DNA of 64,000 nt from Phoronis australis (Eukaryota > Animalia > Phoronida), in assembly GCA_002633005.1 (NCBI GenBank), contig NMRA01000245.1, positions 124,001-188,000 on the forward strand, written 5' to 3'. The notes under the pieces were generated by a model, which worked only from the letters and a program-made list of their open reading frames with translations, was not told where the DNA came from and did not search any database. The position numbers and the translations under genes are program-made. How positions within the stretch are numbered: the first letter of the stretch is position 1; every line of letters starts with the position of its first letter. Below are positions 51,068 through 64,000 of the stretch, one piece after another.

Positions 51068-54000
51068 AGGCACTGCTGTAAGAACTTCAAAAGCACTGCG
51101 AATACTGACAGCGGCGATTCAGTCAAACAAAAGCAATTCAGTGAAAGCTATCAGGCGTGTATTCTGTAGATACAAGAGCCTCATACACGTTGACGTGCGT
51201 CACAAGTGAAACACGTGACCAAACTATGAACCTTTTTTAATCAATTCATCCCTAGCTACTTAGGTTATGCAGGACCCTAAAAATGGTCAAAAATGGCTAA
51301 CTTCTGAACACCGTACCTCAAAGATGGCCGATTTGGTTTCACATGAAGATAGGGTGGTCACGCAACAATCTTCAAAATATTGTTAGGTATCATTATCTAA
51401 TTATTCCACTTTTGTACGAGTGGGTATCAAAAAATGTAAAAAGAAACTCAAAAGTTCCATTAAACGGAGACGCAATGATAACTAGGTTAAGTGGAACAGC
51501 GTTTTAAAGATTTCATCTCGAACATTTCGATCAAACGAAATTTGGTCATTCCTATGGATATCATTGTTTGGCAACAAATGTACTCTGTTTACTAAAAAAA
51601 CATGGTCACGTGAGTTAGTGGGCGCAAATAATGAAAACAACAAGTTCTACCTTCAGAAAATACACATTTTTTTAAATCTATACACTGTGTACAAATGTGG
51701 TCAAATACACTGACTTATTTGTCAATAAGATACTACATGTCCCAAACAAATTGCCAACCACACAAGTGTTTCTGGAGTTCACAAGATTTAGACTACGATG
51801 ACCTTCACTTAAACTGTAACATTGAACAATGCAAAGATACAAATACTTTAAGAAACAATTTTAGCTATGTAAACAACTGCAAAGAATTCATTTCACAAAT
51901 CTGACAAAAGATGGCAGCACATATCAGTGAAGCTGCCGTGACCTACATTTGACATGATTAGCACTGAATGTGTATAAGAAGTGCAATTGTGTAGAGTCAG
52001 TGACCTTAAAACAATAACAATAACTTTGTGTGTTTGTTAACAGCTGACCTGCCTGGGTGATATTTATACAGCAAACTGACTGAGGCATATCTGACAGACC
52101 TGTTTTAATGATCCATGAGATCAGAGCTTGTGAGAACTCAGCAAGACAAACAACAGATCAGAATAGATTGTGTAAACAAACATATCCCACACACCTCACA
52201 GTCACATGTATGCAGTAGTCCAAAAAGCTGCTAAATCCATCAAATTAACTAAAACCAACATGCCTACAGATGCAGGCATGCTATTCCACAAAGGAAATTA
52301 GTTACAAGTCAAAATGTTTATCTCAAGGACAGTTACCGATGACCCAGTAAAGTACATTAGAACAATTGACCTAAACACATGCTTGAGTAAATGTGAAACC
52401 TGTGACACAATTTGCAAAAACTATAACGGATACCAGCAAAACCAGTTTGTATTTCGAACGAGTTCTGTTAACACACAATAGGTGTCAGGAGCTACATCTG
52501 TCATTTGGGAGCCTTAACCTCCAGGTTAAGACACCATTAAAAAGAACTCTGGTCCACAAAGCCGTAGCAACGGAAATGACCCTTAACTTTCACCGGTGAA
52601 GGAATCGAATTAATGTTGCACTGTTAGAAAAGTGTACTAAGTTGTGTAAAAGTTGCGGCCAAACTTAAAATATGGCAACTTTCAGTGACGGCCACTTGGC
52701 TTCGTAAGCAATGACAATAGAGAATTGATCAGCCAAATCTCAAACAGATAATGACTAATAATAAAAACAAATAAAAGAGACAAGTCCTAGCTGTTTGCCA
52801 CCAACACAGCAACACGCAAGGGTACACACATACACAAACACAGGGCGTTGATAATGAATGTGCAACAAGACCAGCAGGTCAGCCCGATTGCAAACAGGTG
52901 TGTAAACTATATCACCTGTCAACTACCTGCAGCGTTTTTTTTATAAATAGGGCAAAAAGTGGGATGGAAGACAGATAAACAAGTAACATGAACGCCACAT
53001 GATAGAGAGCAATGTCACGTACAGGCTGTTTGACTGGAGATGTGAGAAATCTCAACACTTAATGAAGGCACGTCTGAACACTGGCTCAGCTACACAGGTA
53101 CATGTGAAGAAAAGTAATTAATTTGCAATTCACTCTTATAAAAAATCAGGCTGCTTCAAAAGCGCGGTTTAGAAGTTAACTGTGACACGGCACAAACTGA
53201 CACGGCACAAGATGATCCTTGTCAAGCAACACAGTTCTTAAACAGTGACATGGCAGAAATAGTAGACAACAACTTGAAGTTCGCCGACTCAAGGTTGCAA
53301 ACGGCAAGTGTCGTAGTTTGTGCTAAGGAAGTGAAAATTATGCAAGTTTTTGCACATTTAGAGGCAGGAAACCAAGTTAATCTGCAACGATTGAAATAAA
53401 CGGGTAAAACACAAAGGAATTAAGGTGCGGATGTGGCGCGAAAATGGTCAACCGAATAAACGCCACAGCACAAGCACAATCAATGTGATTGCATCCGCCT
53501 TTCTTCATGGAACGAGATGACTAGCACAACTTCCGCAACTTCATAAGCCAGTAGCAATATTGACACGGCAACGACAGTATGTTCTATGTCAGCTTGCAAG
53601 GTAAAACAGATGCTGACAATACGTTAATAACACTTGCGCTAATAGTGCCAGTGATATTTCAATAACATTTGGATATTGCATTCATTCATTCTAAGAGCAA
53701 ATCATAGAGAAGATCAGACATAAACGTGATATAATGATTGATATGAACACTTTTAAGTACTGTGTTACAACAGTGATTGCTGGTTGAGACATAACAAACA
53801 CATCTCCACCTCCACTATTTCCCTCAGCTGTCAATTATATAACATATTTCTCATCAAGCCTACTCACAAGTAGAACACAGTTGACCATATAATTAATTAA
53901 GATGTTAGCAATTAGGAAAAAACAAAATGGTTGCTATTCAAATATCTGACTGCAGGATTAATTCCCGTTTTCCGCACTCCCGCTCTTTTTGACTGTGAGG

Positions 54001-54406
54001 TAAGATTATATTGATTGTACAACGATGGCGCTCTGTGCACGATGGGCTTCACCATCTTTTGTCCTTCAGAACCGCCGGGAAGGGGTGAAATGTGACATCC
54101 CACATCCATGGATATTTATCCGGCTTATCCCACTTCCTTGAATTGGCATTGCAGCCCACGGTACAGCAGTAATACTTTCCCGGCATGACTTAAATATGAT
54201 TCATATAAAATATAAAGTATTCGGACAACAGATGCTAACAAGTGAATCTCCATTAGAGCGAAAACGAGGCTGGTGACCTGCCTGTTGTATCTGAAGGTGT
54301 GCTGCTATTTCATACCTCATGGCATGGGAGAGCGATCAATGCGGAAGGTGAGAACTGTTCAGTCAAAAGGCTCTAATATTCTCAGTCCCAATTCAAAATT
54401 CACCTA

Positions 54407-54763
54407 CGGTAAAAATTCTCCAGTTTGGGACAGCCTCTAAAGTTTGGGACACAGAAATTCATAGTAAAATTGAATTTTATAGATTCTACAGACTGGGACA
54501 CGGTCGATTTTGGTGTTCATCATATTTCCATCTTTTATATCGACAGAGTCTGAAAATAGACTTAGCAGTTCATAAAATCATTGAGAATAGCTGCCAACGC
54601 AACCTTTTCCTACAACCTAATGGAGATTAGTGATCATTTGTTGATGATCGTAACTCTTGAATTTGGGACGACCAATATTGCTTATTTCTAAAATTTGGTA
54701 CATGCTATGACCTCGAGCAAAACAACTAACTTTTCATTGTTCCAAACTGGAGAAATTTTACCA
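54407..54763. mobile_element. Tc1/mariner-type MITE (TA TSD)
   Basis: TA|cggtaaaaattctccagtttgggaca ... tgttccaaactggagaaattttacca|TA, 23/26 TIR identity. Confidence 0.8.
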
Positions 54764-56106
54764 TAAGCATAATGTAACAGTATCATTAACTATTAAATAA
54801 CAGAAATTATTTCTCAAGTAGGTTATAACAAGTCAAGCCAGTCAACTGAGTGAACCATCAGAGTCTTCACCTAGGAACACAAAGTGAGTTACAAACCAGA
54901 TAACTCCAGACACACTGCATGCAAAACACATTCAACAATCATTCCATTTTAACCAAATATTGACCTTGTAAAGAACTGTTTAAAATACACATCCAAACAC
55001 AGTGATGTACAAGTACAACATGGCAAAAACTACGGTGAACTTTTCTTAAATCTGAACAAAAATAATGGCCAAAGTTGTCATTTTGTGACTTTACAAATGC
55101 TCCTTGCATTGCCAAAAATGTTCAGAATTTCATTATGTGTTTGTTGGTGACAGCTGTACTGCAATATTTGAAGTTCTCAAGTAGTCAAGTACAATTGTCT
55201 TCTTGTTTATTCTTACTGAAAATTTTGATAAAGTAAAATATTACTGTTCTACCATATTGCTTTAAGTAAAAAAAAACTTGTATTGTATTTTAGAAGAGCA
55301 GGTGAATCCTTATCAGTGAAAAAAAACCCGGAACGATAAGAAAACTTGAAACAAAGAAGTCTGATTGCTTACACCTTATCAAAGCTGAGCCCAAGGTGAT
55401 GACCTCATCAACTTGGTAAGAGCATAATTGTGTTAAAGGATACAAAAACAACCTCAGGCAAACATTGTAAAGGTGTGAAAAGCTTGTAACGAAACATTCA
55501 CCCTAAGACTGGGGTGCTGGGACAAATTGCTCTCGAACAAGGTGCGTAGGTTGAAATTTAGTAACACCATATCAAGCAGCCCGTTTACCGTGACCAAAAT
55601 GTTGCTTAATCAACTACAGTAAGCTGTTCTAAGGTAACCAACCCCTCCTAGGTTCACGCAGGTGGCCAAATTGATGCAGTTTCACAGCCTACAAAAAGCT
55701 AACGTTTTAGCCAGACAGACCAGTAGTCTGTGAAGGAGTAATTTTTGCCAGCAGAGCCACTTTTAAGCAAAACTGATGTCGAAATACAAACAAGTTGACC
55801 CTCTGCCATAAATTACCACATGTGATGAGAAAGCAAACACCTCTTACCCTTGTGCATTAGTGTACTATGAACTAAGGGGCCGCACTACAAAAGTGATAGC
55901 ACAAACTACAGCAGTTTTGTGGTAACACAAACTTCCAGCAAAGTTCTAACAAAAAGACCCCGATGTGAACCGGGTAATAGAGTGGACAACATACAACACC
56001 ATGTCTTTCAGTTTTCTCCACAATTTTTCATTTTCAACCATACTTGACAAAAAATACATCATAGGTGCCCCTTCCCCCTACTCAACAATGCCCTACACCT
56101 ACTCAC

Positions 56107-56262
56107 CAAAGCAGGCCACCAGATTTTTTGAGCCTTCGCCTTGTACGGGTTGTTGCGCTGTATCCACACGAGGGAGCTCTCGACCAGGAAGACAGTGAAT
56201 ATGTCGTAGATACGTATCCACTCTCGCCGCTGCCAATCACGGTCGTCAAACTCTACCAACAC
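56107..56262 (-). CDS. JMJD1C: KDM3/JMJD1C exon (VLVEFDDRDWQRREWIRIYDIFTVFLVESSLVWIQRNNPYKAKAQKIWWPAL)
   Basis: Acceptor tattacag|GTG, donor TTG|gtgagt, 156 nt, phase 0/0. Strong similarity to JMJD1C VYVEFDDLEWDKREWVKVYEDFSTFLVEYHLIW...QWPAL (recalled). Confidence 0.95.
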
Positions 56263-56477
56263 CTGTAATAGATACGAGGATATAAGACACATGACAATCA
56301 CGGGGGAGTCATGCAAACGTCAGACTCTAACCAACCAATGGTTCCTGGTAACATAATAACTATGACAGACAAAGCCCTGAAGGAGGCAATTGTAAAAAAT
56401 TTAGAACAGAATATGGCAGATGAAAGAAATTCTCATTTTTCATTTTTTCATATAAAATATGTAGCATCAAAATGTGA

Positions 56478-56727
56478 GTTACACCATCAGTACACAGTCA
56501 ACCACACCGGCAGTGTCTGCCAGACAACAAGTTACACCATCAGTACACAGTCAACCACACCAGCAGTGTCTGTCAGGCAACATGTTACACCATCAGTACA
56601 CAGTCAACCACACCAGCAGTGTCTGTCAGACAACATGTTACACCATCAGTAAACAGTCAACCACACCAGCAGTGTCTGTCAGACAACACATTACACCATC
56701 AGTACACAGTCAACCACACCAGCAGTG
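56478..56727. repeat. 53-bp minisatellite, about 4.7 copies
   Basis: Unit gttacaccatcagtacacagtcaaccacaccagcagtgtctgtcagacaacat at 56478, 56531, 56584, 56637 and 56690. Confidence 0.95.
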
Positions 56728-58138
56728 CACTCAAGGAGTAAGTTACATCCACCAACCACCTACCGCATTCAATTACATTTAAAAGCAAACCCATGCCTAC
56801 TGAAGTTGAAGTAAATTGATGGAACTTAAAACTAAATTACTAGACTAAACATACCGCTTAATACTCAGTAATACCATTCCTAATTATAATCACCTAGCAC
56901 AACACCATCTATCATAGCTCCTTACTTCAAAACATTGTGAAGCATATCTGGTCAACACAACCCCTCCTCCGATCATTACAACCCAATAACTTAAGAAAGC
57001 CACTTTGAACATAATGTCGATCATTTCAGGCTAAAACTGATTATAAATTTGTTTAATGGCACTCAAAACAACCAACAAAATTAAATCATAGTGATCAATG
57101 TTTCTGCACTTTGCTGTTACTACACAACACGCAGTTCCGCCATAGTTCCATAAATTGCAAAAAATCCTACAACAGTCAATCAACCTATTATCTTTGCACT
57201 AGTATCAGATTTTACAACGAGAAACAGTCAGAAATATTACTTAATCCAATTTCACAATCAAGGGTATTCCCACCACACAGTTGCCATTCTCTTTTGAAAT
57301 GGTTGAAACCTCCAACTGTGTAATCACCATGTTTCATTTTCAAGGGAAATCCTGAGCAATGAATACCAAGTGCTGAGTACATAACATAAACACACTATAA
57401 ACTTAATGGGAATCTCCCAAAATAGGCCAAAGGGCGAATATTTGGAAAACCACCATTCAAAAAGGCCAAATGAAATTGAATAGTCACCCGGGCGTATTTT
57501 TGGAATAGGGTGCACATTTTCGAAAAAGAGGGTGTATTTTCAGAACCTGTGTTATTAAAACTGTCCTTCACACTGTATTCATATGGTTGGTTACCAACTA
57601 AATCACAACTATCTCGTTAAATGAAAGTCATTTGAGTGAAATCTCCATCTAAAATATAATGAAATATTTACACCAAAACATATTGCATATGTATTTTAGA
57701 ACAATCCATCAGATCTTCAAGACATGCAAAATACACCCATAAGCGTACTTTTGAGTGGGCCTACTTTCGGAAATTCCCAGTAAAACATAGCAGTCAAAGA
57801 GTATGTGCTGCATATCACAAAAGTAATCAGAGACAAAATAACATGACAGTTAATTCTGTTAAGAGCAAGACTGACTAGTAATCACTATCATGGGGACAAC
57901 ATTCTTATTGCACAATGGTTTGCCTCATCACTAACAAATATTATCAATTACCCTTCATTACCAGTCATGAGGGGAACGCTGACTATGAATTCGGCTCTGG
58001 GTCACTTTGTCTCGATATTTTGGCACGCACTCTACTCATCAATGTGTCCAAGGTCAATTCAAAAACATCAAATTACATCAACAGAACAACAAAATCAAAG
58101 TTCTTGAGAAAAACACTGCCTAACCACGATTGGGCACT

Positions 58139-58235
58139 TTTACCACGGACAATTTTTAGTCCCAAGTGATGAAAGAGCACGACCCTGTTTCTATGTGTTG
58201 ATTTTTCAGTCGCACTAAAAATTGTCCGTGGTAAA
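58139..58235. repeat. Perfect 22-bp inverted repeat (fold-back element core)
   Basis: tttaccacggacaatttttagt (58139-58160) / actaaaaattgtccgtggtaaa (58214-58235). Confidence 0.85.
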
Positions 58236-59225
58236 CATAGCAAGAGTGCATGAGCGTGGAAGGAGTTCTAATTTTGTGGTAAAGATTTTAGAATGTGGTA
58301 AGTTTCAGCACGTGCGTGCGTGGTAAGTGGTTTCAGCCTCCTGAGGCAGGAGAGCTCTGTAACTAGCCCATTTATATTCCTGTTACCACGGTAACCATGA
58401 TATTCATGAGGGCCTGACAACCTCCATTCACGCTAGAACACTTAATCATTCATTAAACATGTTAGCCCCTTGTTTTCCCTTTGCGGCACATGGCTGATGG
58501 ACTCTTTTTCAAAGACAACTAAAGCTGGGAGTTCATTCGCACAACAAACCCAACTAACTTTCTGGACTGGAAAAGGACAAACAGACATGATTCTATTTCA
58601 TATACAGTACTTCCTGTAGTGTCTAGACAAGAACTGAAAGAGGAAGTCATAATAATGTGTGTAACACTGCTGCACTACCGGTGGTGTCTTTTGATGTGTT
58701 CAGTACAAAGGCAACATTAAATTTACCCGCTGTGGTCAGCTGGAAAAAGGGGGAAAAGTATTCACCTGCAGCAAAATTGCGTAAACTAACACATCTGTGA
58801 AACGTGATCTATTCATTTTTCAGGGAACCACCACACACTGAGTTCTGTCATTATTCACATCCAACTGAATTACTGACCCACCAATGTATTTTTTCACTCT
58901 TCAACACTGCATAGCAGACTCCCATGTAGGATGGCTATCACTAAACTGTAAAATAAGATTAATGACCAGCAGGACTGCACCCATTGTATGATATGCCCTT
59001 CACATAGCCTAGTGTTACACACATGATTGCAGACACAGTTCAGCATGAAGCCAGGTGCAGGTGCCAGTTAACAATCTTGCACACCTGGGCACTCACGAGT
59101 TCTCACTGCAGACACAGCCATGGCTCAATGCTAAGCACACCGTCAACTTGCCAAATTTGACCTAGCAAAATTCCCAGGTCGACAAACCAGAACTGGGCAC
59201 CAAGTCTTACAGGAATGAAATAAAC

Positions 59226-62200
59226 GACATACTTGTGTGAAAAACCAGCAAATTCAGCAAATGTCACCGTGACTCGAACGAAAATTTAGGAGTATTTCAT
59301 GTGCTCAGTGAGGACCAATTTTCCCCTCTTGCACCCATAATTACATGCTCATCTCCTTGTGTGTTTACTAGGTCGCCAAACAAAATCTCAGATTGCATTG
59401 ACAGTCTGCAGGTCGCCAAATCGAGCTCTGACAGGTGACTTTTTCAGGCAATCATACAAGTTTCTGCATTGAGTGACCACAGACGTAATTAGGTCCCCTC
59501 CCATCTGACAGACAGCTTAAGTGGTCCCTACTCCTACACTGAACCAGTCTTTGCTTGAGAGAGACAATGTGGTGAGGTTAAGCATACCTGCTTCTTTCAC
59601 CAGGTATATAATTGAACAATAAATTAATTAAATAATAAAGGCACTGAAAATGACAGGAACAATGAACGTACTGTAACAGTGGTTCAGAATCCCAGCAGAG
59701 ATTTACTGGGTTATCAAGTAAAATCTTGCATTTTTCAAGATATCTGATGAACTCTACCCTGTACTCTTGCCCCATGAACCACAACACCACAACACACAAA
59801 ATCCAGTGGACTGAATTAAATCAAGTCATCCATCTCTCATCTTTATAATTTTGTGCTCAGAGTAAACACAAAATGCAAAGAGATGTTACAATGCAACAGG
59901 TCAGCAACTCATTGTCCACTGAGTTCAACAACCTTAGACAAAAGTTGTGACAACTGAACCAGAAACTTAGGTGAATGCCAGAAAGAAATCATCTTTTCCA
60001 AACTAGTGTACTTAACTGGACTAATGCCTTTGTCCGATATAATGGCCATTCCCCAAACTTACTTCTTGAACACCCATATCTGACATAACCCCCACCCCCA
60101 ATTTATACGAAAAAGACCTTGAAATTGCCAGTGTCACGTAATTTTAGCTTCCAAAATGTACGAAACTAGTTTACCTGATTACATTGCGCTGAGAATTCAT
60201 CTGACTAGCAACTGAAGTAATTGTAGCTACCTGGGCATTAAGCCGATCAACTGCTCTGGTAAGCGACCACTTCTCAAAAAAGTGTTTTTTAGTGCCGACA
60301 CAAGGCTTAACACCCACCAGATTATTGAATTTCCCAATTTCTAAGCTCAGTGGGGGATGACCAGAATGAATAGGATGAGTCATCCAAAACAGGAGGTCGC
60401 GACCTGGATACTTGGTACCCATGCATGTTTCAAGACAGTGTTATGCTGCTGGCTCTGCGGCAACACTGCAGAAAAAAACCCTGAAGAAGAGATCCAAACC
60501 AAATTCTTTAAGGTGCAAGAGAGGTGCATTTGAATTGGGGTTGACAACCATTAAATGAAAATGTGTCAGAAAGTGGCATGTGGCGAAATTTATGACAAAT
60601 GAAGATAATGATGGTGATGATGATGATGACGAATGGTGACAAAAAAAAACAGTTATTAGAAACACAGCCTTGTATTGTAACATTTGGCAAATATAAGTAT
60701 AAAAAGGCAATGACGATATTAATTACGATGTTAATGATGATGAAAATGTTGAATACCGTATTCGCCATAATAACCGCCCATGCCCCTATAAGCGCCCCCC
60801 AGGCGTTTTCAGACTTTGCTGAAATAAGCGCCCACTCCACGATCTTGCACAGATTTGCATTTAAACCTGGCGTTAATCCAGACTCCACGGCAACTAACAA
60901 AATCTTAGAGAAGCTACTTATAATACTGAATGAGGATTTCAGGTAATTTGCTTGAGTCAAAACCATTTTTATTTAAGCATTGAAGTCGCCATATCGAAGA
61001 CGGCGATTTCGAGGCAGTCAGTCGGCAAGTTTTCGCCCTGGGATTTCAGCACAATTTTCTGTAAAATGATCGTAATTTAGCAGCAAAGTTTGATAGCAAT
61101 GCACCACAGTTTTGTTGAAAGTCTTTCATAGATTACATATACGTCACAGAGCGTAAATTTAATGAATCTTAGCTTCCGATTTCACCCGTTTCGGAGACCG
61201 GGTTTCAACCGCCTTGGGTTATATAATAAGCGCCCCCCCCCGAACTGAACTTTTCTAAGCGCCCTGGGCGGTTATTACGGCGATTACGGTACTTCAAGAA
61301 TGGCAAGTCACAGGGAAACTGTGGCGTACTTTAAGTATTAAGGCACGAAGAGATATATCCGCGTACCAAATTTCAGGCAGATCCTTCACGAGATAGTTTT
61401 GGTTGCAAAAAGCAAAAAGAAATAGGAAAGTGACCATCACAGTGCCATATTGGATCCGACGTCAACAAAAAAAAAGGGCCTCAAGCTATCAAAAAACACA
61501 TGTTGCGCGTAAATGTCACTGCGATCGAAGAGATGCGCCCTTAGCATGTGAACAAACAGAACAATAAATGACAACGAAGTAACAGACTTGGCAAAAAAAT
61601 TGTCAATGGACATTCTCAGTTGACTAGGTTAGACAGTTGCGTGGTGTAATGGCCGTCTGACCGATGTTTAACAGGAGAAAACCTGCTAGCTGCCCACATG
61701 TGCTAAGCCCACAACACATGTGTTAAGGCGATTACAAACACAACTGTTTGGATACCTGTACAAAGGCCAGTCACAGTGTTATCTGTTGCCAAGACAACAC
61801 ATTATGCCACTTGACCTAGTAAAAGTCCATTAAGAACTCCTTCAGTAATGTACAATCTGGCAGGAAGGCGCCAACAAGCTTTTGAGTTGATGTTTGACCG
61901 ACCATATGACTGGACTACNGAGATACTTATGTGAAAAACCAGCAAATTCAGCAAATGTCTCCGCGACTCGAACGAAAATTTAGGAGTATCTCATGTGCTC
62001 GGTGAGGACCAATTTTCCCTTCTTAGACCCGTAATTACATGCTCATCTCCTTGTGTGTTTACTAGGTCGCCAAACAAAATCTCAGATTGTATTGGCAGTC
62101 TGCAGGTAGCCAAATCGAGCTCTGACAGGTGATTTTTTCAGGCAATCATAAAAGTTTCTGCATTAACTGACTACAGACGTAATTAGGTCCCCTCCCACCT

Positions 62201-64000
62201 GTCAGACAGCTTAAGTGGTCCCTACTCCTACACTGAACCAGTCTTTGCTTGAGAGAGACAATGAGGTGAGGTTAAGCATACCTGCTTCTTTCACCAAGTA
62301 CAAAATTGACCTATAAATTAATTAAATGAAGGCACTGAAAATGACAGGAACAATGAACGTACTGAAACAGAGGTTCAGAATACCATCAGAGATTTACTGG
62401 GTTATCAAGTAAAATCTTGCATTTTTCAAGATATCTGATGAACTTTACCCTGTACCCTTGCCCATGAACCACAACACCACAACACACAAAATCCAGTGGA
62501 CTGAATTAAATCAAGTCATCTATCTCTCATCTTTATAAATTTGTGCTCAGAGTAAACACAAAATGCAAAGAGATGTTACAATGCAACAGGTCAGCAACTC
62601 ATTGTCTACAGAGTTCAACAACCTTAGACAAGAGTTGTGACAACTGAACCAGAAACTTAGGTGAATGCCATAAAGAAATCATCTTTTCCAAACTAGTGTA
62701 CTTAACTGGACTAATGCCTTTGTCCGATTTAATGGCCATTCCCCAAATTTACTTCTTGAACACCCATATCTGACATAACCCCCACCCCCAATTTATATGA
62801 AAAAGACCTTGAAATTGCCAGTGTCACGTAATTTTACCTTCCAAAATGTACCAAAACTAGTTTACCTGATTACATTGAGCTGAGAATTTATCTGACTAGC
62901 AACTGAAGTCTGACGTAAATGTAGCTATCTGGGCGTTAAGCCGATCAACTGCTCTGGTAAGCGACCACTTCTCAAATAAGTAATTTTAGTGCCGACACTA
63001 GGCTTAACACCCACCAGATTATTGAATTTCCCAATTTCTAAGCTCAGTGGGAGATGACCAGAATGAATATGACAAGTCATCCAAAACAGGAGGTCGCGAC
63101 CTGGATACTTGGTACCCATGCATGTTTCAAGACAGTGTTATGCTGTTGGCTCTATGGCAACACTGCAGAAAACACCCTGAAGAAGAGATCCAACTCAAAT
63201 TCTTTAAGGTGCAAGAGAGGTGCATTTGAATTGGGGTTGACAACCATTAAATGAAAATGTGTCAGAAAGCGGTATGTGGCGAAATTTATGACAAATGAAG
63301 ATAATGATGGTGATGAAGATGACGAATGGTGACAAAAAAAGTTATTAGAAACACAGCCTTGTATTGTAACATTTGGCAAATATAAGTATAAAAAGGCAAT
63401 GACGATATTGATTACGATGTTAATGACGATGAAAATGTTGAATACTTCAAGAATGGTAAGTCGCAGGGAAACTGTAGCGTACTTTAAATATTACAGCACG
63501 AAGACATATATCCGCGTACCAAATTTCAGGCAGATCCTTTACGAGATAGCTTTGGTTGCAAAAAGCAAAAAGAAATAGGAAAGTAACCATCACAGTGCCA
63601 TATTGTATCCGACGTCAACAAAAAACAAGGGCCTCAAGCTATTAAAAAACACATGTTGCGCGTAAATGTCACTGCGATTGAAGAGATGCGCCCTTAGCAT
63701 GTGAACAAACAGAACAATGAATGACGACGAAGTAACAGACTTGGCAAAACAATTGTCAATGGACGTTCTCAGTTGACTAGGTTAGACAGTTGCGTGGTAT
63801 AATGGCCGTCTGACCGATGTTTAACAGGAGAAAACCTGCTAGCTGCCCACATGTGCTGAGCACACAACACATGTGTTAAGGCGATTACAAACACAACTGT
63901 TTGGATACCTGTACAAAGGCCAGTCACAGTGTTATCTGTTGCCAAGACAACACATTATGCCACTTGACCTAGTAAAAGTCCATTAAGAACTCCTTCAGTA
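59226..64000. repeat. Direct duplication of more than 2 kb across the N gap at 61919 (59226-61918 vs 61920-end; probable alternative haplotypes)
   Basis: The copies are collinear with scattered substitutions and small indels. Copy 2 starts immediately after the N. Confidence 0.92.
60756..61289. mobile_element. Tc/mariner MITE (Tc2/pogo-like CCGTA termini), 534 bp, present in only one copy of the duplication
   Basis: TA|ccgtattcgccataataaccgccca ... tgggcggttattacggcgattacgg|TA (23/25 TIR), subterminal (a)taagcgccc motifs, and an empty TA site at 63443-63444. Confidence 0.93.

Larger units (their letters stand above)
574..56262 (-). other. JMJD1C: KDM3/JMJD1C-family JmjC histone demethylase gene, partial (7 coding exons in window, both ends outside)
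   Basis: Seven exons with canonical GT-AG sites and compatible phases join into one open frame of 2579 nt. The peptides resemble the N-terminus of vertebrate JMJD1C/KDM3B as I recall it (VEFDDxxWxxREW, WPAL, RVxVYR, TQWY/FT, DPxxxQM, SILRG). Confidence 0.92.

Noticed and set aside
56311-56782. Repetitive plus-strand ORFs (113 and 102 aa)
   Set aside because: They are products of the 53-bp minisatellite.
58655-59024. 14-bp inverted repeat atgtgtgtaacact / agtgttacacacat
   Set aside because: It is short, partly low-complexity and has no TSD, which is insufficient to call an element.
60441-60966. Hydrophobic ORFs resembling membrane proteins
   Set aside because: They span a (GAT)n tract and the MITE junction, and they are disrupted in the sister copy.
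56263-64000. Search for the first coding exon of the KDM3 gene (ELVGKRFL-type peptide)
   Set aside because: Not found; it is presumably beyond the right edge of the window.

Overview
This is eukaryotic, intron-rich animal DNA, probably from a marine invertebrate; the species cannot be determined from the sequence. The window lies inside one minus-strand gene, a KDM3/JMJD1C-family JmjC histone demethylase. Seven phase-compatible coding exons join into about 860 codons: 56107-56262, 50732-50848, 48569-48775, 45213-45297, 37465-37562, 6944-7079 and 574-2353. They encode the N-terminal PWWP/Tudor-like region and a long low-complexity region. The first exon and the zinc-finger/JmjC exons lie outside the window. 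The introns, one of them 30.4 kb, contain non-autonomous DNA transposons (Tc/mariner-, Harbinger-, ISL2EU- and hAT-like MITEs, one nested), minisatellites, palindromes, a repeat family carrying CTCF-like motifs, and a degenerate tRNA-SINE head near a hammerhead-like motif. Three single-N gaps are flanked by near-identical duplicated sequence, most likely two uncollapsed haplotypes, which exposes allelic transposon and VNTR differences. I found no convincing new multi-component biological system; most ORFs in the track are intronic noise.
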